A DNA stretch of 64,000 nucleotides from positions 43,462,001 through 43,526,000 of the forward strand of contig OX597825.1 of the NCBI GenBank assembly GCA_951406725.2, given 5' to 3'. This DNA comes from Octopus vulgaris. Taxonomy: Eukaryota. A program made the translations under genes and the position numbers. Below, in pieces: positions 29,061 through 42,759 of this stretch. The notes under the pieces were generated by a model that searched no databases, had not been told where the DNA came from, and saw nothing but the letters and a program-made list of their open reading frames with translations. Numbering within the stretch: position 1 is the stretch's first letter; each line of letters begins with the position of its first letter.

Positions 29061-29338
29061 GTCGTGTGTTTCTGTATATATATATATATATATATAGTAG
29101 AAATATGTTACAAAAAGAAAATATAAAATACACGTTTTTCAGCTTTGCGGAAACCATGGTATGCTTTGTTTTCTGACTTTCTAATCACCTCATAATAATG
29201 ACTTTTATTACTTTTATTACTACCTCATTTCATCTAAATGTATATATCTGTCGTTACCTTTCATAAAAAGCCTTTTCTTTTTTTATCTACAATGTGCATT
29301 TTCGTTGATTTTCATATCCCCCCCCCTATATATATATA

Positions 29339-29436
29339 TAAATTAAATTAGAGATGAAACCACTATTAGGCAAATCAAACAGTGAAGAACATAAACCAAA
29401 ATATAGAAATAAAATTTAATTAATATTACTCCCTAA

Positions 29437-29497
<61 letters not shown>

Positions 29498-29790
29498 ACA
29501 TTGATAAATTACGTTTATTGAGTGTAATATCTCAATTTCGTAAGTTATGGAATTTACAGGTAAGATAGAACCGCTATTTTGGAGTTCATCTTTGAAGGAT
29601 ATTCCAATACCCTCTAGAAAAGAATATATTTTGAATTTTATTTCTATGTTTTGGTTTATGTTTTTCACTGTTTGATTTGCCTAATAGTGGTTTTATCTCT
29701 AATTTAATTTATATTTATACTGTAAAATTAGATTTAATCCTAAATCTAATTTTTCCCTGTAAGATTGGATTTACTCCCAAATATTATTAT
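29339..29790. repeat. Element with ~80-bp inverted repeat, same family as 5110-5365
   Basis: 29339-29418 is the near reverse complement of 29631-29712; right end GATTTAA.CCTAAATCT.ATTTTT.CCCTGTAA shared with 5300-5350; (ATT)n inside. Confidence 0.75.
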
Positions 29791-29798
29791 TATATATA

Positions 29799-31078
29799 CG
29801 AGGGGCGTTCAATAAGTAATGCCCCTGACCCACTTCCCATAGCAGTAGAGCAATGAAATTTGGCACAGTTATTAGTCTTTTTCTACATAAAAACCACCCA
29901 GAGTTACGCATTTCTCCCATCGTTTGATGCAGCTCTGGAGACCGTTTTTGTAGAAGACCCCAGCTTGGTCCTCCAACCACGACGTGACTTCAGAAATCAA
30001 GGCTGCATCATCTGGGAAACGCTTTCCTTTCAAAAACAACTTCATGGCTGGGAAGAGGTGAAAATCAGAGGGTGCAAGGTCAGGAGAGTAGGGGGATGGG
30101 GGAGGAGTTCATACCGCATGCCTGTGCTTCTGATCTGGTGACACGCGAGTTGTGGACCGGAGCGTTGTCCTGCAGCAGGAGGATGCCTTTGTTGATCTTG
30201 CCTCGCCTCTTGATTTTGATAGCTTCTCTTAATTTCCTCAAAAGTGAAGCATAATAGGCTCCTGTAATTGTGGCACCCTTTGCCAGGAAATCTGTCATCA
30301 CTACTCCGTCCTGGTCCCAGAAGACTGTGAGCATGACCTTACCAGCGGAGGGCTGCACCCTTGCCTTCTTTGGAGGAGGTGAGTCACGGTACTTCCACTG
30401 CATTGACTGTGCTTTGGTCTCTGGATCATAGTGATGGACCCAGGTTTTATCCTGTGTAATCAGACTTTTGAAAAATGTTGACTCATCTTCTTGGCACATC
30501 TCCAAATTCATCCTCGAGCACTCGACGCGTTCTTGCTTCTGGAAAGGTGTGAGCAACCTGGGAATCCATTTGGCAGACACCTTTTGCATGTGCAGATGGT
30601 CATGAATGATAGTTTCCACAGACCCGGTATTAATCTTGACCTCATGGGCTATTTGGCGAATAGTTATGCGTCGATCTTCTAAAATGGCAGCCTCAACTTG
30701 ACGGACAGATGCCTCATCAATGGCAGAAGGGGTGACCAGATCTGGGAGCTGTTTCCACAGAGTTCCGACCATGTTTGAATTCACTATGCCAGGGTTTTAC
30801 AAGGTCATATGATGGGGCATCATCACCATAAGTTACTTTCATTTCATCAAAAGTCTTCCGTGGTGTGCGTCCTTTCAAATACAAAAACCGGATCACTGCT
30901 CGCCACTCAACAGGCTCCATTTCACACTTGACTCGGTTCAAACACCTGTAAATCAATTAGCTCAGAGCTGTAATTTGCCACTTAATTTATAGAGATATAA
31001 ATAATTGCACATGCAAAATTTCAGCTAGATCAAACAACTGCAAGTAGGTCAGAGGCATTACTTATTGAACGTCCCTCG
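29799..31078 (-). mobile_element. Full-length 1280-bp mariner with TIRs and TA TSD; transposase frameshifted
   Basis: TIR CGAGGGGCGTTCAATAAGTAATGCCCCTGACC and GGTCAGAGGCATTACTTATTGAACGTCCCTCG; TA on both sides; ORF 30920-29872 with WIPRLL, TQDKTW, QDNAPVH, SPDLAPSDFHLF. Confidence 0.95.
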
Positions 31079-31501
31079 TATATATATATATGAACTTTTC
31101 TTTGTTTCCGTGACTAGTCAGCGGCCATGATGAGATACCGCCTTGAAGAGGTTATTTTATTTATTTCTTTTTGTTTGTTAAACCTGATTCTTATCTATTG
31201 GTATCTATTGTCAAACTGTTAAGTTACGGGGGTATGCACACACTAAAACCGGTTGTCAAGTGGTGGTGGAAGACAAGCACAGATACTAAGTCACACACGC
31301 GCGCACACACATTCAAACACACACACGCACGCTCACACACACACATATATACGACGGATGTCTTTCAGTTTCTATCGACCAAATCCACTCGCAAGTGTTT
31401 TGTCGACCCGAGAATATAGTAGAAGACATTTGCCCAAGGTGTCACGCAGTAGGAATGCACCTTAAATCATGTGGCTGAAAAGCAAGCTTCTTACAACCAC
31501 G

Positions 31502-31563
<62 letters not shown>

Positions 31564-31567
<4 letters not shown>

Positions 31568-32448
31568 GTTAAATAATACAGTTTTTTCAAATGCATGTTG
31601 GAAGGGAACGGGATAAAATACCTGCATCGAGTGCAATAAAGGTACACTTTACTTTGTACTTATTCTTAGTGCAAGTTTTGAAGAGTTTAGTTCGATTTTA
31701 ACAGTTATTTTTTCAAGGCTATAATGGAAGTGATAAATGAGTATATATCAGCATATTTTGCTTTATTTGTTCAATACAGGCAACAACGCAACAAAAAGTA
31801 CGAGGAATATTAATGCAATATGTAGGGATTGGACAATAAGCGTAAGCTAGTGTCAACAGTCGTTCCAAAAATTCGTAGCCTGGAAGGCAACCCTCGTCTT
31901 CGAAGATTTTTAGAGCTCGAGGAGGTCGTCCTGCAAATTCTGGTGAAACAAAATCTCATCTTAACAGTTGTGGACCTAGCAGAGAAGCTTGGATTTGGTC
32001 ATTCAACCATTCATCAACATCTGCGTGCCATCGGAAAAGCTAGCAAATTGAATCAATGTGTTCCTTACAAACTTACCGTGTCTAATGCTCGGCCACTTAC
32101 AGCGAGGATGACATTCCAAAGGCTGAAACAGTTTGAATGGGAAACAATGCCCCACCCACCATATTTGCTGGACATTGCCTCATCTAATTATCAATTATTC
32201 CGCAGTCTTTAAAATAATTTGAACGGAAAAAATATGAATTTTGTAGACGTGGTCAGAACAATTGTAAAGGAGTATTTTCCGTCACAGACAAGTGAATTTT
32301 GGAAGAGGGGGCTTGAAAGTATACCAGATAGATAGAAGAGCATTGTAGAAAATGGAAAGCATATTTAAGATTAAAATAGAACTTTGTTTATCTTAATAGT
32401 GAAAAATAAAAGAAACAAAATATCTGCTTTATTTATGGGATGACCCAA
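31564..32448 (+). mobile_element. Internally deleted mariner
   Basis: TA-TTGGGT..ACCCAA-TA ends; LAEKLGFGHSTI, CVPYKL joined directly to NARP..HPPYLLDIASSNYQLF. Confidence 0.85.
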
Positions 32449-32517
32449 TACATACATAGATATAAACGGATATATATGTATACATGTGTATACATACGTA
32501 TATATATATATGTGTGT

Positions 32518-32582
<65 letters not shown>

Positions 32583-32589
32583 GAGAGAG

Positions 32590-32760
32590 AGGGTGGAGAA
32601 TTCACAAAAAAACAAAAAACGAAGACAGTTGGTGTAGACAACAAACAGATGTATTAGTTTAACGCTCGGGAAGTGAAAAAGTTTTTAAAGTTTCGGGCCT
32701 ACGCTCTTCCACAGAAAGGAAAACAGAAAGAAACAAGGAGAGAAAATAATGTGTAATGGC
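32590..32760 (-). repeat. Short repeat with degenerate hammerhead-like motif, same family as 47190-47370
   Basis: Minus strand cttt-CTGTGGA-a-gagc(gtag)gccc-GAAAC-TTT; flanks shared with the 47 kb copy. Confidence 0.6.
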
Positions 32761-32976
32761 TCACACACATATATGCATACACACACACATACACATATAT
32801 ATATTTATTAATGGAAGAGCTCATGAGTGCGGTCAACGGCAATCCAGCATTGTACACTTAGGTGTGTAGGTATATGTACGTATGTATGAGTATATTTATA
32901 TATATTTTCATATATTCTTTTATGTTATTTATATCTTTTTTCTTCCTTTCTTTTTTATATATCTTTTTTATATATT

Positions 32977-33031
<55 letters not shown>

Positions 33032-33092
33032 AGTGAATTGAAGAAACTTTTGATTAATCTGCAACAAGATTATTCATCTTTCTATTTCACAA

Positions 33093-33125
<33 letters not shown>

Positions 33126-33132
33126 ATATATT

Positions 33133-33278
33133 TATCTATACAATATGTTACATACTCGGTAGTCAAGATAAAACTCTAGTTTCAGATGATGTCCACAACC
33201 GAAGAGATGGTGTTGTGGATTTCCACTTCCATCTGTCAGAGTTTTATCTTGACTACCGAGTAATGTAACATATTGTAT

Positions 33279-33283
<5 letters not shown>
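33133..33283. repeat. 150-bp foldback element in (TA)n
   Basis: ~45-bp near-perfect arms ATCTATACAATATGTTACATACTCGGTAGTCAAGATAAAACTCT and its reverse complement; inner stems CAGATG/CATCTG and TCCACAAC/GTTGTGGA. Confidence 0.9.
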
Positions 33284-33358
<75 letters not shown>

Positions 33359-33639
33359 TTATATATATATAAATTAAAGTAGAGATAACACTATTAGGCA
33401 AATCAATATATATATATTTATATATATATATATTTATATATATACATATATTTATATATCTTTTTTTAATTTATATTCTTAATTTTGAATTTATTGATTT
33501 ATCTATGTATCTATATTTTTTAAAAAAACATTTTATAAGTGTAAAAATTTCAAATTTTCAAATTTTATGTATTGTCTTTTTAACGTGTACATATGTGTTT
33601 TTTGCGGGGTGTAGATGAGGATCATTAACCGTGGTGAAG

Positions 33640-34260
33640 GCAACATTTTTAGGAGAAAGACACTGAAATAAAATCAGGTCATGGTAATGACAGTTCCTTG
33701 ACTGGCTGCACTATCAATGTCCTGACTGTTGATAAAGGCAGACTGGGCTCCTGTTTTGCCAAGAAGCCGTGATTAGGACAACCAGTATGGGAGAATAAAG
33801 CTCTGAATTCAAATTGACTTACCACTGCTGGTTTGCAATCTCCTTTTGAGGAAAGGCCTAGGAGAAGCTACTCCGATATAAAACCTGCAGTCAACTTAGT
33901 AGTAGTCATCTTGCTTAGCTTGTCATTGGAATCTACCATTATGCCAAAAGTGTTGTACAAGTGTTTGTCATTTAGATCCAATGAAGTATAGATATCCCCA
34001 ACAAACCAACCATCATCGTACAATCATCACTTTTCAAAAGTCTTATGGCGATAGAGTCGTGGTGACGTATGCAGACTTGACCTGTTGGAAGCATACAGCT
34101 ACAAATCTGCACATAAGGCGCAAGGTTCTTATCTTAACATCGCTAACATGATTTCTTAGACAGGAACTATTTTCGGTAGAGAGTCCTGTGTCTGAGCAGC
34201 CCTTTTAAGAACAACACTGCACACCTGGATATACTGTGAAGGTACCAGAAATGGTGCACT
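33640..34260 (+). mobile_element. Possible RTE-type LINE 5' UTR relic
   Basis: GC-richer island; CAACCAGTATGGGAGAATAAAGCTCTGAATTCAAA resembles RTE 5' regions as I recall them; no ORF. Confidence 0.3.
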
Positions 34261-34841
34261 AAAAAGTGTATGTTCTTTCTCTGCTGATTATTTTACTGCA
34301 GCTAACGGGGATTCAATTTAGCAGGAATGAACAAAGAAATGATATAAACTTTATATTTATTTTTCAATTTACTTATTTAAATTCCATCCCTTTAATTTTA
34401 AACCATTTTATCTTACTTATTTACCCACTATATCATTTTACTGATAATACATTTCTATAGAGTTCACACTTAACCTATACAGAATCATACTGATATAATT
34501 CACTATATATTTTATAATACAAGAAATATATTCTAAAGTCATTAGCATGAAGAAAATATATGAAATTTTTAACATATTCCTTTAATTTAACTCATTAATA
34601 CCAATAGAAAAAGATTAACAAATAATTATGAGGCAAAATAGCGCATGCCTCATTTTTATATAATATAATTTTTCAAATCCACCGCGCAAGCGCAGTTTTT
34701 GTTGGCAGCAAATAAAAATGTCGACTTACTTCAAAATTACTAAAATCATAGTAGGAAAAATATACAAGTTAGGAAAATTATAGAAATTTTTCTCCCAGTG
34801 GCCAAGTATGCAGAAAATAGTCAATAGACTATATATTATTC

Positions 34842-35172
34842 ATATAAAATTAGTGTACATTTAAACACATAAGAGATGCCCTGACAGGACACCTTCGAAA
34901 TTAACCCTAACCGTGGTTTGGACTTTGACTGTTCTTTCTAGCGTGTTAATCTTTGGCGTACCCGCTGATGAGAACTTCGCCTAGTAAATTGTTTTAATTG
35001 CTAATTAAAGTTCGAAAGCATGGTCCGGTAACAAAATATGGTGAATGTTTTAATTTTTCATTCCCTTGGAAATTACTCCTAACTGTGGTTTGGATTTTGA
35101 CTGTGTTCCTTCTAGCATGTTAGGTGTCCTGTCAGGGCACCTCATATGTTTAAATGTACACTAATCTTATAT
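34842..35172 (+). mobile_element. 330-bp element: inverted termini around 1.3 copies of a 172-bp hammerhead-bearing unit
   Basis: Inverted repeat 34842-34894 / 35122-35172; direct repeat 34897-34948 / 35069-35122; hammerhead between them. Confidence 0.8.
34959..35030 (+). ncRNA. Type-I hammerhead ribozyme, canonical core, GUC site
   Basis: ccg-CTGATGA-gaactt..tagtaa..ttgcta..aagttc-GAAA-gcatg-GTC-cgg; one mismatch in stem III. Confidence 0.8.
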
Positions 35173-37599
35173 ATATATATTGTAGTTTCAGCTCAGAGCT
35201 GTGGCCAGTCATGCTGGAGCATGGAGAATTATACATATATATATAGTTTTAATTACTCCTCTGTCGCCTTAGAGCAAAATGACCTTTCTGTCCATTTCGT
35301 CTGAAACATTTCCATCGTGGTTCACGAAAAACGAATGCATAATCTGGTAATTAACTTTTTTTTTCATCGAGGTTAACTGACGAAGTAATTCGCAATATCG
35401 GTTTCCAGAAACATGACCATTTCCATTCAAATATGTATTTCACTTTTCTAGTGTTATATTACGCCATTCCAAATTTATCATATAGAAAAATGCTGTAATT
35501 CCTCATAATCTAAATTATTTCTAACCATTTATTGAGCCCATTTTAGTGCATCCAACATATATTTGAGTATTGCACACTTGCTCATATAGTAATCACCTTT
35601 TTATTCAAAATTTCTACTAGGTTGCCTCTACTAATTCGGGTAATCGAAAATCGCAGGTGTTGGGCTTTGTATCTGCGAGAAGCCGAGAGATGGTGCGTAA
35701 AAAGGAAGACTGTACAGACGTTGGGACACCGATGAGTGCAGAATATGTGAATGTTGAAGAGACGAGGTTTCGCCTAGAAGTATGTGATGCTTGTTGTGAT
35801 TAAGATATGTTGTTGAAATATTCGCTATTTTCGTTTTCTAAGGATGTAGGAAGTTACAGCTTAATCCAAAAGAATAGAATTTTGAATTGTTGGATGAAAA
35901 TGCCTGTGGATTGGGTGATGAAAGGAACGCAGCTTTGTAAAAGAAGAAAGTGACGAACAAAGTTGTGGATTTGGAAATAGGTAGAATACGTAAAGACACA
36001 CACAAAAACACATACGTACGGAGTGTTACTGAAAATTCTGATCGATTTCGGATGAAGAACAGAAAGTGGAGCGTAATGGTATAGGAAAGGCACAAGGAAT
36101 AACGTCATGGTGTTGGTGGTACCAGGTAAAATAGAAGGTCTGGGTAGAATTAAATGACTAAAGATTTCTTTGAAGCTAAAATGTTGATCACAGATATAAA
36201 GTCTGAAGTTCGACATCGTGGTAAAATGGTGATGTGGTAAAGGTGGAAGTCAAGGACTACAAACGTTGCAAATATTGAAGTAAAATCCAATGCAATCCAA
36301 GAGAACAATTCTGCTATCCGCATTAGCGAGTTGAAAATAATAACAGAAAGAGAAAACAATGAATATTCACACAGTTAATGTGTTCCCTATTTGTCTTTCC
36401 TGGATAGAAAGAAGGATAGAAAAGGAAAAACTAGGGGTGCGTAGTTAGCTAATAGAACCGGAAATGCGAAAAGAGCTGAATTTTACAGCTGGAAAAGGTT
36501 AGTCAAAGAGGTAAGGGTTGCGTGACTTACTGTGTGTATCGTTGCATAAGTATTTGGGTGTTACTGAGTATACGTATTTTAGAGAGTGAATGTATTTGCT
36601 TAGGGGATTGTATTTGCGTACAAGGGAATATGGTGCGTATATGTCTTAAGAGTATGTAGTGTGCGTGTGTGTGTGTTTGTGTGGGTATCTATTTTTGTAA
36701 GCAAGTTGTGAAGTGTTTTTTTTTTCCTGGATGATGTATGTATTTGCATGGGTGTTTTTCCCCCTAGATGATGCATGTATGGCTGTTGGAAGTTACATAG
36801 GAACAAGGAACAACTCAATTCCAAACAGTAAATACCTTATATATAGACGCATATATATATATATATCAGTATCTCTGGGAGCGAGAGAGAGAAGAAAGAC
36901 AGGCTGAGTGTATGTGTGAGCATGTGTGTGATTTGTGCGTTTGTTTCAATAGATATTCATTCTCCAAAAGTATTTGGTACTAGTTAAGTTAATACTGATT
37001 TTCCACTATATATGAATGAAAAGATACTGCAAAATATTGGCTGCCATTATTAGATAGCTTCAACTCCGCAGCAAATAACTATCACATCAACACAAACAAT
37101 AAAAGTAGTGAAGGGTAGAGATTCTTGAACGTATTAAATAGTATTGACTAAACATACTCGTAGTAAGGGATACTAATTGCTACATGAATTCAGTTTTCCG
37201 TAATATTATTCGACGGTTTTGCTTTTCTATTCGTTTTTCTGTACATAATCCCTTCGGGAAATATGGGTGCTACTTTTGTGTGAGGAGTGGTGTTGATAAG
37301 TAAAGAGTTCCTCGTTATTTATTTACATTTCAGTATTTCAGCTTAACAAATTACTTCTGCTAAAATCTGATCGCTCAAGATATCCAGTACTTACAAATAA
37401 AGAATTCATTTTCAAAATTCTACTGTGATTATCTTTTGTCCAATTTTTGCATTTGTTTTAAATGACTATGGATGTGATAATGGTAGATTTTCAAATGAAT
37501 TTGGTAGGGCGTTTTAAATGTTTATGCTGTTAACTAATTACTAGTACATGCCTAATTACAAGTACATGCCTTATCCATCCATCTTCGCCCACTACTCCC

Positions 37600-38200
37600 G
37601 TGAAGGTCGCGAGAGTAAAGTCTTAAATCAGTTCCTCTATACTGTCCTTTCAAAAGCAACCGCATTTACACTCCTTGTGACCAATTAGGAATATGGATAT
37701 TATCTAAGCATCTTGTTCTTGGTTTACTCCTAGGTTTCTTGCTGCTTGTCTAGGTTTGAAGAATCTTTATTGTGCTTCTTTCCTGCAACATTGTAATCAC
37801 AAGTCCATTACACCAGGGTGTGACGTCTCAATGCAGAGCAGTAGGGGATTCATCAAGCCACGCACTGTCATACAACGTTGCACCAGACACCCTTCGAAAA
37901 AAAAACATGTTTCGGTTGTTTGTATTTGTGATTGTACTCTTTCATTTATAGCCATAGACAACAATTATAGATTTTTTTACCAACTCCTTCTTCTGAGGGA
38001 AGAATGCTGAAGCTGATGCATTACTGTGCCTTCAAATACAATTCTGGCATTCAATTCAACTTCTTGCATTCCATCACTTGTGAATATGACCTGGAAACAT
38101 TAAAACTTCTCCACTAGCAAGCAGAGTGTACTGTGACGACTTTCTTGAGAGAACCAATGTCTGAGTCCTCATAACACTAATACTCATCGCAGCTTTGAAG
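37600..38200 (-). mobile_element. Degraded RTE-like APE endonuclease relic
   Basis: Minus-strand LLASGEVLMFPGH resembles an RTE APE segment; heavily decayed. Confidence 0.4.
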
Positions 38201-39199
38201 TACCCGCCAGCCCACCCACCAATGCACCTACCATTCCGTACAAATATCAGCCTACACCACTTCCACAATGGTTGTGCATGTCAAACTAGTTCATAAAAAA
38301 TTATGCACATGTGAGTTGACAATACTTATCTCCGCTGAAGTCCAACACCCATGTTGAAAAGTTTGGATTTAGCACCATTCAGCCGAGCGAAATGATATGG
38401 GCGTTCATATAGCGGCTTTGCGGCAGCCAGAAATTGTCCATTAATCCCAAATTCCTACAAAGCCGGCCGCAGCTATCCAACAAAACGCGGTCATTTGCCT
38501 TTTCAATGTCCACAAAGCTCTAGTTTCTTTAATTATATGTTTATTATTACTTTAAAAAAAGGGATAGTAATTAACCCTTCTGTTTGTCATATAATCTGCT
38601 ACAAACCTTGTTTCCCATCGTTATAAAAAGAAAAGCATATTTACACCCACGATTACACAGAAAAGTCTGCACGCTTATACACACGTGACCCTTCCAATTA
38701 GTTTATTACATACACATCTTACAATTTGCTTTTACTCTTTATTGTTGAAGGGCAATATTGATACGTTTAGGGGTTCACTGAAAATATTATAACTTGATAT
38801 TCATTACTTCATCAGTGTTATTAAAAATAGAGATGATGCCTGATGGCTATAGTCAATAGAACGAAACCTGTTTCTAAATGTTCGAAATAATAAAAGCATA
38901 TTAATTCTACGGTTTCGTCTACTTTATAAGAGATTTTAAACTCTACTCTGATGAAACGTACGTATTACATACTTTACCTAATGAGCATATTTTTTAACAT
39001 ACATAATTTATATAATTGTCATAAACGTTAGGACTGAATGCGTTGTTTCTATCACTTTTTCACCTCGTAAGAAATGTTCCTTTTGAATGATTAAATATTC
39101 TATTTTACGAGAGTGTAAATATGTAAGAAAGCGTGCTTTTTCCGAGTCAGACGCGACATAACTAAGATGAAATAGCTTCAAATAGAGTTGGAAACCATA

Positions 39200-40700
39200 T
39201 TACAGCCTCGAGTTGGTCGCAACATAGTTATTGGCTTTAACGCTCATCATTCCCATAGGAAATATTACATAGATTTAAGAGAGGTTTGAGATTATATTCA
39301 GTTGAATATGAGATATTGCCTGTACAAGAATAGAATTAGTTTTGCTTATAAAATTTATTACAGTTTTATATTAGCGTGGGATGGTTTGTAGAAAGGTAAT
39401 GCAGAGAATTGGTCGTATTGGTGGTAAATTTATTTGACAGATGACATTTAGAAGATAGGGAGAAAATGAAAACTAATATGGCTTCTTAAGTTAAAGATAT
39501 AACAAAAGTTCGTATTTTCTTCCACGACAAAAAGATGCGGAGAATAAGATGTGTTGTAATATAATCTACGGTATGGTATGTAATTAGGCAGAAGCTTCAA
39601 TAGAAAGCAGCTTAGGAGAAAAATAGATTGCAAATTTTTGCAATAATGGAAGCATTGAGCAGACTTTCATTTAATTAGTGACAGAAAGCTATTTTTAAGA
39701 AACATTTCGCCGTCCTGTGACACGAGAAAGAAAAGACCATCTTCTCACTTATTAAGTTGGTTCTACGCTCAAATTTTGTACATGGTAGCCGAAAGTATTT
39801 TATCTATTGCGAAAATTATCTGACAGAATGGTATTGACTTTTTGGAAAGCAACCAATTTTTAAATAACTATCAACTAAAGGACACATTGAAACATAATTC
39901 ATGTTCAAATAGGAAAACCAATTCAATTATTTACGCCACTCGTGTCTTGCAGAATCGTAGATTAGCTTATTTAAGAAAGACAAAGTCTAAATTTCAAAAC
40001 TAAGCAAATAAAAAAATACCAAAGCATGAAATCAAATTGCTATGTTACTGGAATGCAAGGTATGGCATCTCACCGACCATATTGTTTAACACGCTTTGAA
40101 TAGAGAGCACCTGGCAACGTTTTACATTGCAAATGCCCACAGACCCTTTCCCCTTGATCCAAATACTACAGAATGGTTGACGAAACAAGTTGCGGAAAGC
40201 ATATCGTGAAAATATCGTGGGCGAGGCATGTCTTCAAATTTTGCGAATTCTGAACATGACTGCGCACATTCAACCACAGTAACCTAAAACTCTACATGCT
40301 GAAGTTGTTTCTAATAGAGAAAAAAGATTGTCTTGTCGCATGTCATCAAACAGCATGTGATCTAGTGGGAATAGGTGCGAGGATTACATATAAGTGTTAG
40401 TCTCTGGCAACTGAAGTTTTACTGAGTTTCCTCTCAAAAAAATCAATGACTCGCATGCACTTGTCAGTCTAGGTGCAAAAGTACTAGCCCATGGATTTGT
40501 TTCTATTAATGTGGAATTCAGCATTCCTGTTTTCGTTACTGGAATCTTCCTTGATTTCTTATATAATTGTAATGATCTTTTCTGAACCGAGCACTCAGCG
40601 CAGAACAGTTACAAAGGTAGACGCTAGGTATGGTCACTAAGCATCTAGAGGCTCAGCGTTTGAAAACAGGACCCAAACCAACAACGTTTAAGACAGCCGT
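39200..40700 (+). mobile_element. Highly degraded LINE (I/Jockey-like)
   Basis: IGFNAHHSH at ~39230 (GDFNAHH-like); DFLESNQFLNNYQ at ~39836; QG..ISPT.LFN-like at ~40055-40090. Confidence 0.5.
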
Positions 40701-40939
40701 CAGTTAGCAAAGGGAGACACTGAGGAAAGATTCAGATTGTTATAACTTCATTAAAATCCTAAGGAAAACATATCTATGCAGACTCGTTTTTCGATAAATC
40801 CTGTGAAGTGGAGACTGACTCTGATTTAACTAACTACAACTAACATCAAACTCAAGGTGAACACCTTTGCTCGTGATTTTAGATTTTTTGCATTATTTTG
40901 CTCAAATGTTTAGATTTTTACATTATCTATTTCTGTTCA

Positions 40940-41180
40940 GCTCTTCCACCGATCCAGCTTCACCCCAACGGTTCTCTTGACTTGGAAAGTTTCTAGTCTA
41001 CTGTGAGTTGCTTACACAATAGCGAAGAAGTGTGGTGTGTAACAATAAAGTTATCCAGCAGATTATCCAGCGTCGAATACACCCCCTGCTGTCCATTAAA
41101 TTTCGAAGTATGAATTCTTTAACTCTGGTCCACCTAACTGATCTCGCTTCCCTGTATTGTGTCATAGCCTGAAAAATTTA
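40940..41180 (-). mobile_element. Possible piggyBac transposase relic
   Basis: Minus-strand YTGK..LG..RVKE..GVY..DNF-like pattern spread across frameshifts. Confidence 0.3.
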
Positions 41181-41916
41181 CCTTTTGTTCTGCACTTCAA
41201 AGTAATTATCAATCGCTGTTCTTTTGTTGATCACTTTCATTACAGCAAAACAGGCTGCTGCTACACTCATGGAGGCCTTCCTCTACCATCTTCTCTATGT
41301 ATATTTCTAAATAGTCTGATGTAAAAAGTACACAACCCCTTGTTACAAAATATATATTTTGAGCACCCCTAAACTGCCCAAAACCATTTTTACATCTCTA
41401 CGCATCAGCTCAAAGACAGCAATAAAACTCCAAATTTTGAAAGTAATGTAATAAGTTTCAAAAGAGTTTTCTATTTTAGAAAATCGAATTAATATTCATG
41501 GTATTAATTTTCGTTTGAATTTGAATCTCCTATTTAATACAACTTGTCACAGATTTTCATATGTCGCTAAGAATTTAAGATGTTGCCGTGTATATTAAAC
41601 GTATGCAGTTTGAGGTAAGTTATAAGATTATGAAAATCAAAATAAAAGATATTAAAAAATATGAATTATGTTGTCTGTTTGCAAGAAAGTGAATTTAAAT
41701 TAGTGATTATAATTAAATTTCAGTTTATAATTAATTTTACTTTCTGCACGCAATCATCTACCCAAAATATATATTCATATGAACACACACACGCGCACAC
41801 GCACAGACAAATACGTATACATACATAAACATAAACTATATATATGTGTGTGTGTCTGCATGTATATGTGTGTGAGTGTGTGTATATATATATATATGCG
41901 TGTGTGTGTGTGTGTG

Positions 41917-41969
<53 letters not shown>

Positions 41970-42759
41970 TATATCCTAGACTATGAGGTACATATTTACT
42001 ATTACTTTAGTGTCTTTGCTTCAACATTCGCATGCTAATGTCTCTAAATTAAGAATATTTTAACTTCTTGTTTTCAAAAAGCGAAGGATATACAAATGCA
42101 TAATGATGCAGCTACTCACCGTCATACACATGTATAATCAGATCTCACAAGCCCCTGGCCTTAGTCAGTGGTTCGTGACCATGTTTGGGTAGAGTGCTAG
42201 CTATAGTCAATGAACTGTGACAACGGCTGGTCACAGCTTTTAAGGATTAGGTTTGCTTGCTTGGACATCACTAATTATTTAAAACATGGCTCTAACTTTA
42301 TCGAATGCTGTTTGCATATGCATGTGTTTATGTGTTTATTTGTGTATATGCGTGTTCTGTACGAATTTGCATGTCACTGTACATTTATATGCATAGCCAT
42401 AGACCTAATATAGTTTAGAACACTGTTAGTCGGTTATTCATTTATGCAATTTGTATCAGAATAGAAGTGGCGATATTCTAATAGATATTTTGCGTAGAAT
42501 AAAACCAATCACCTGCAGATCCGTTTGTGCATATTGTTATAACGAGAGGAATCTCATCGTATGAAAGTTTTAGCTCACCAATAGAGATTTTGCCTTAATA
42601 CATTAACCGGAAGAGGCTAGTTGGTGGGCGGAGTGATCTGGAAATTGCTACAAATATGTAGGCTGAAGATGTGAAAATGCTATATAAATGTTGAATGGAA
42701 TGAAGAGCAAATGGATTTACTTAATTTATTTCCTAGTACTCCATGTTTTTCCCTCAATC

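Noticed and set aside
38838-38965. CTGATG..GAAAC fragments (38840 and 38948)
   Set aside because: Stem I or stem II cannot be formed, so they are not counted as hammerheads.
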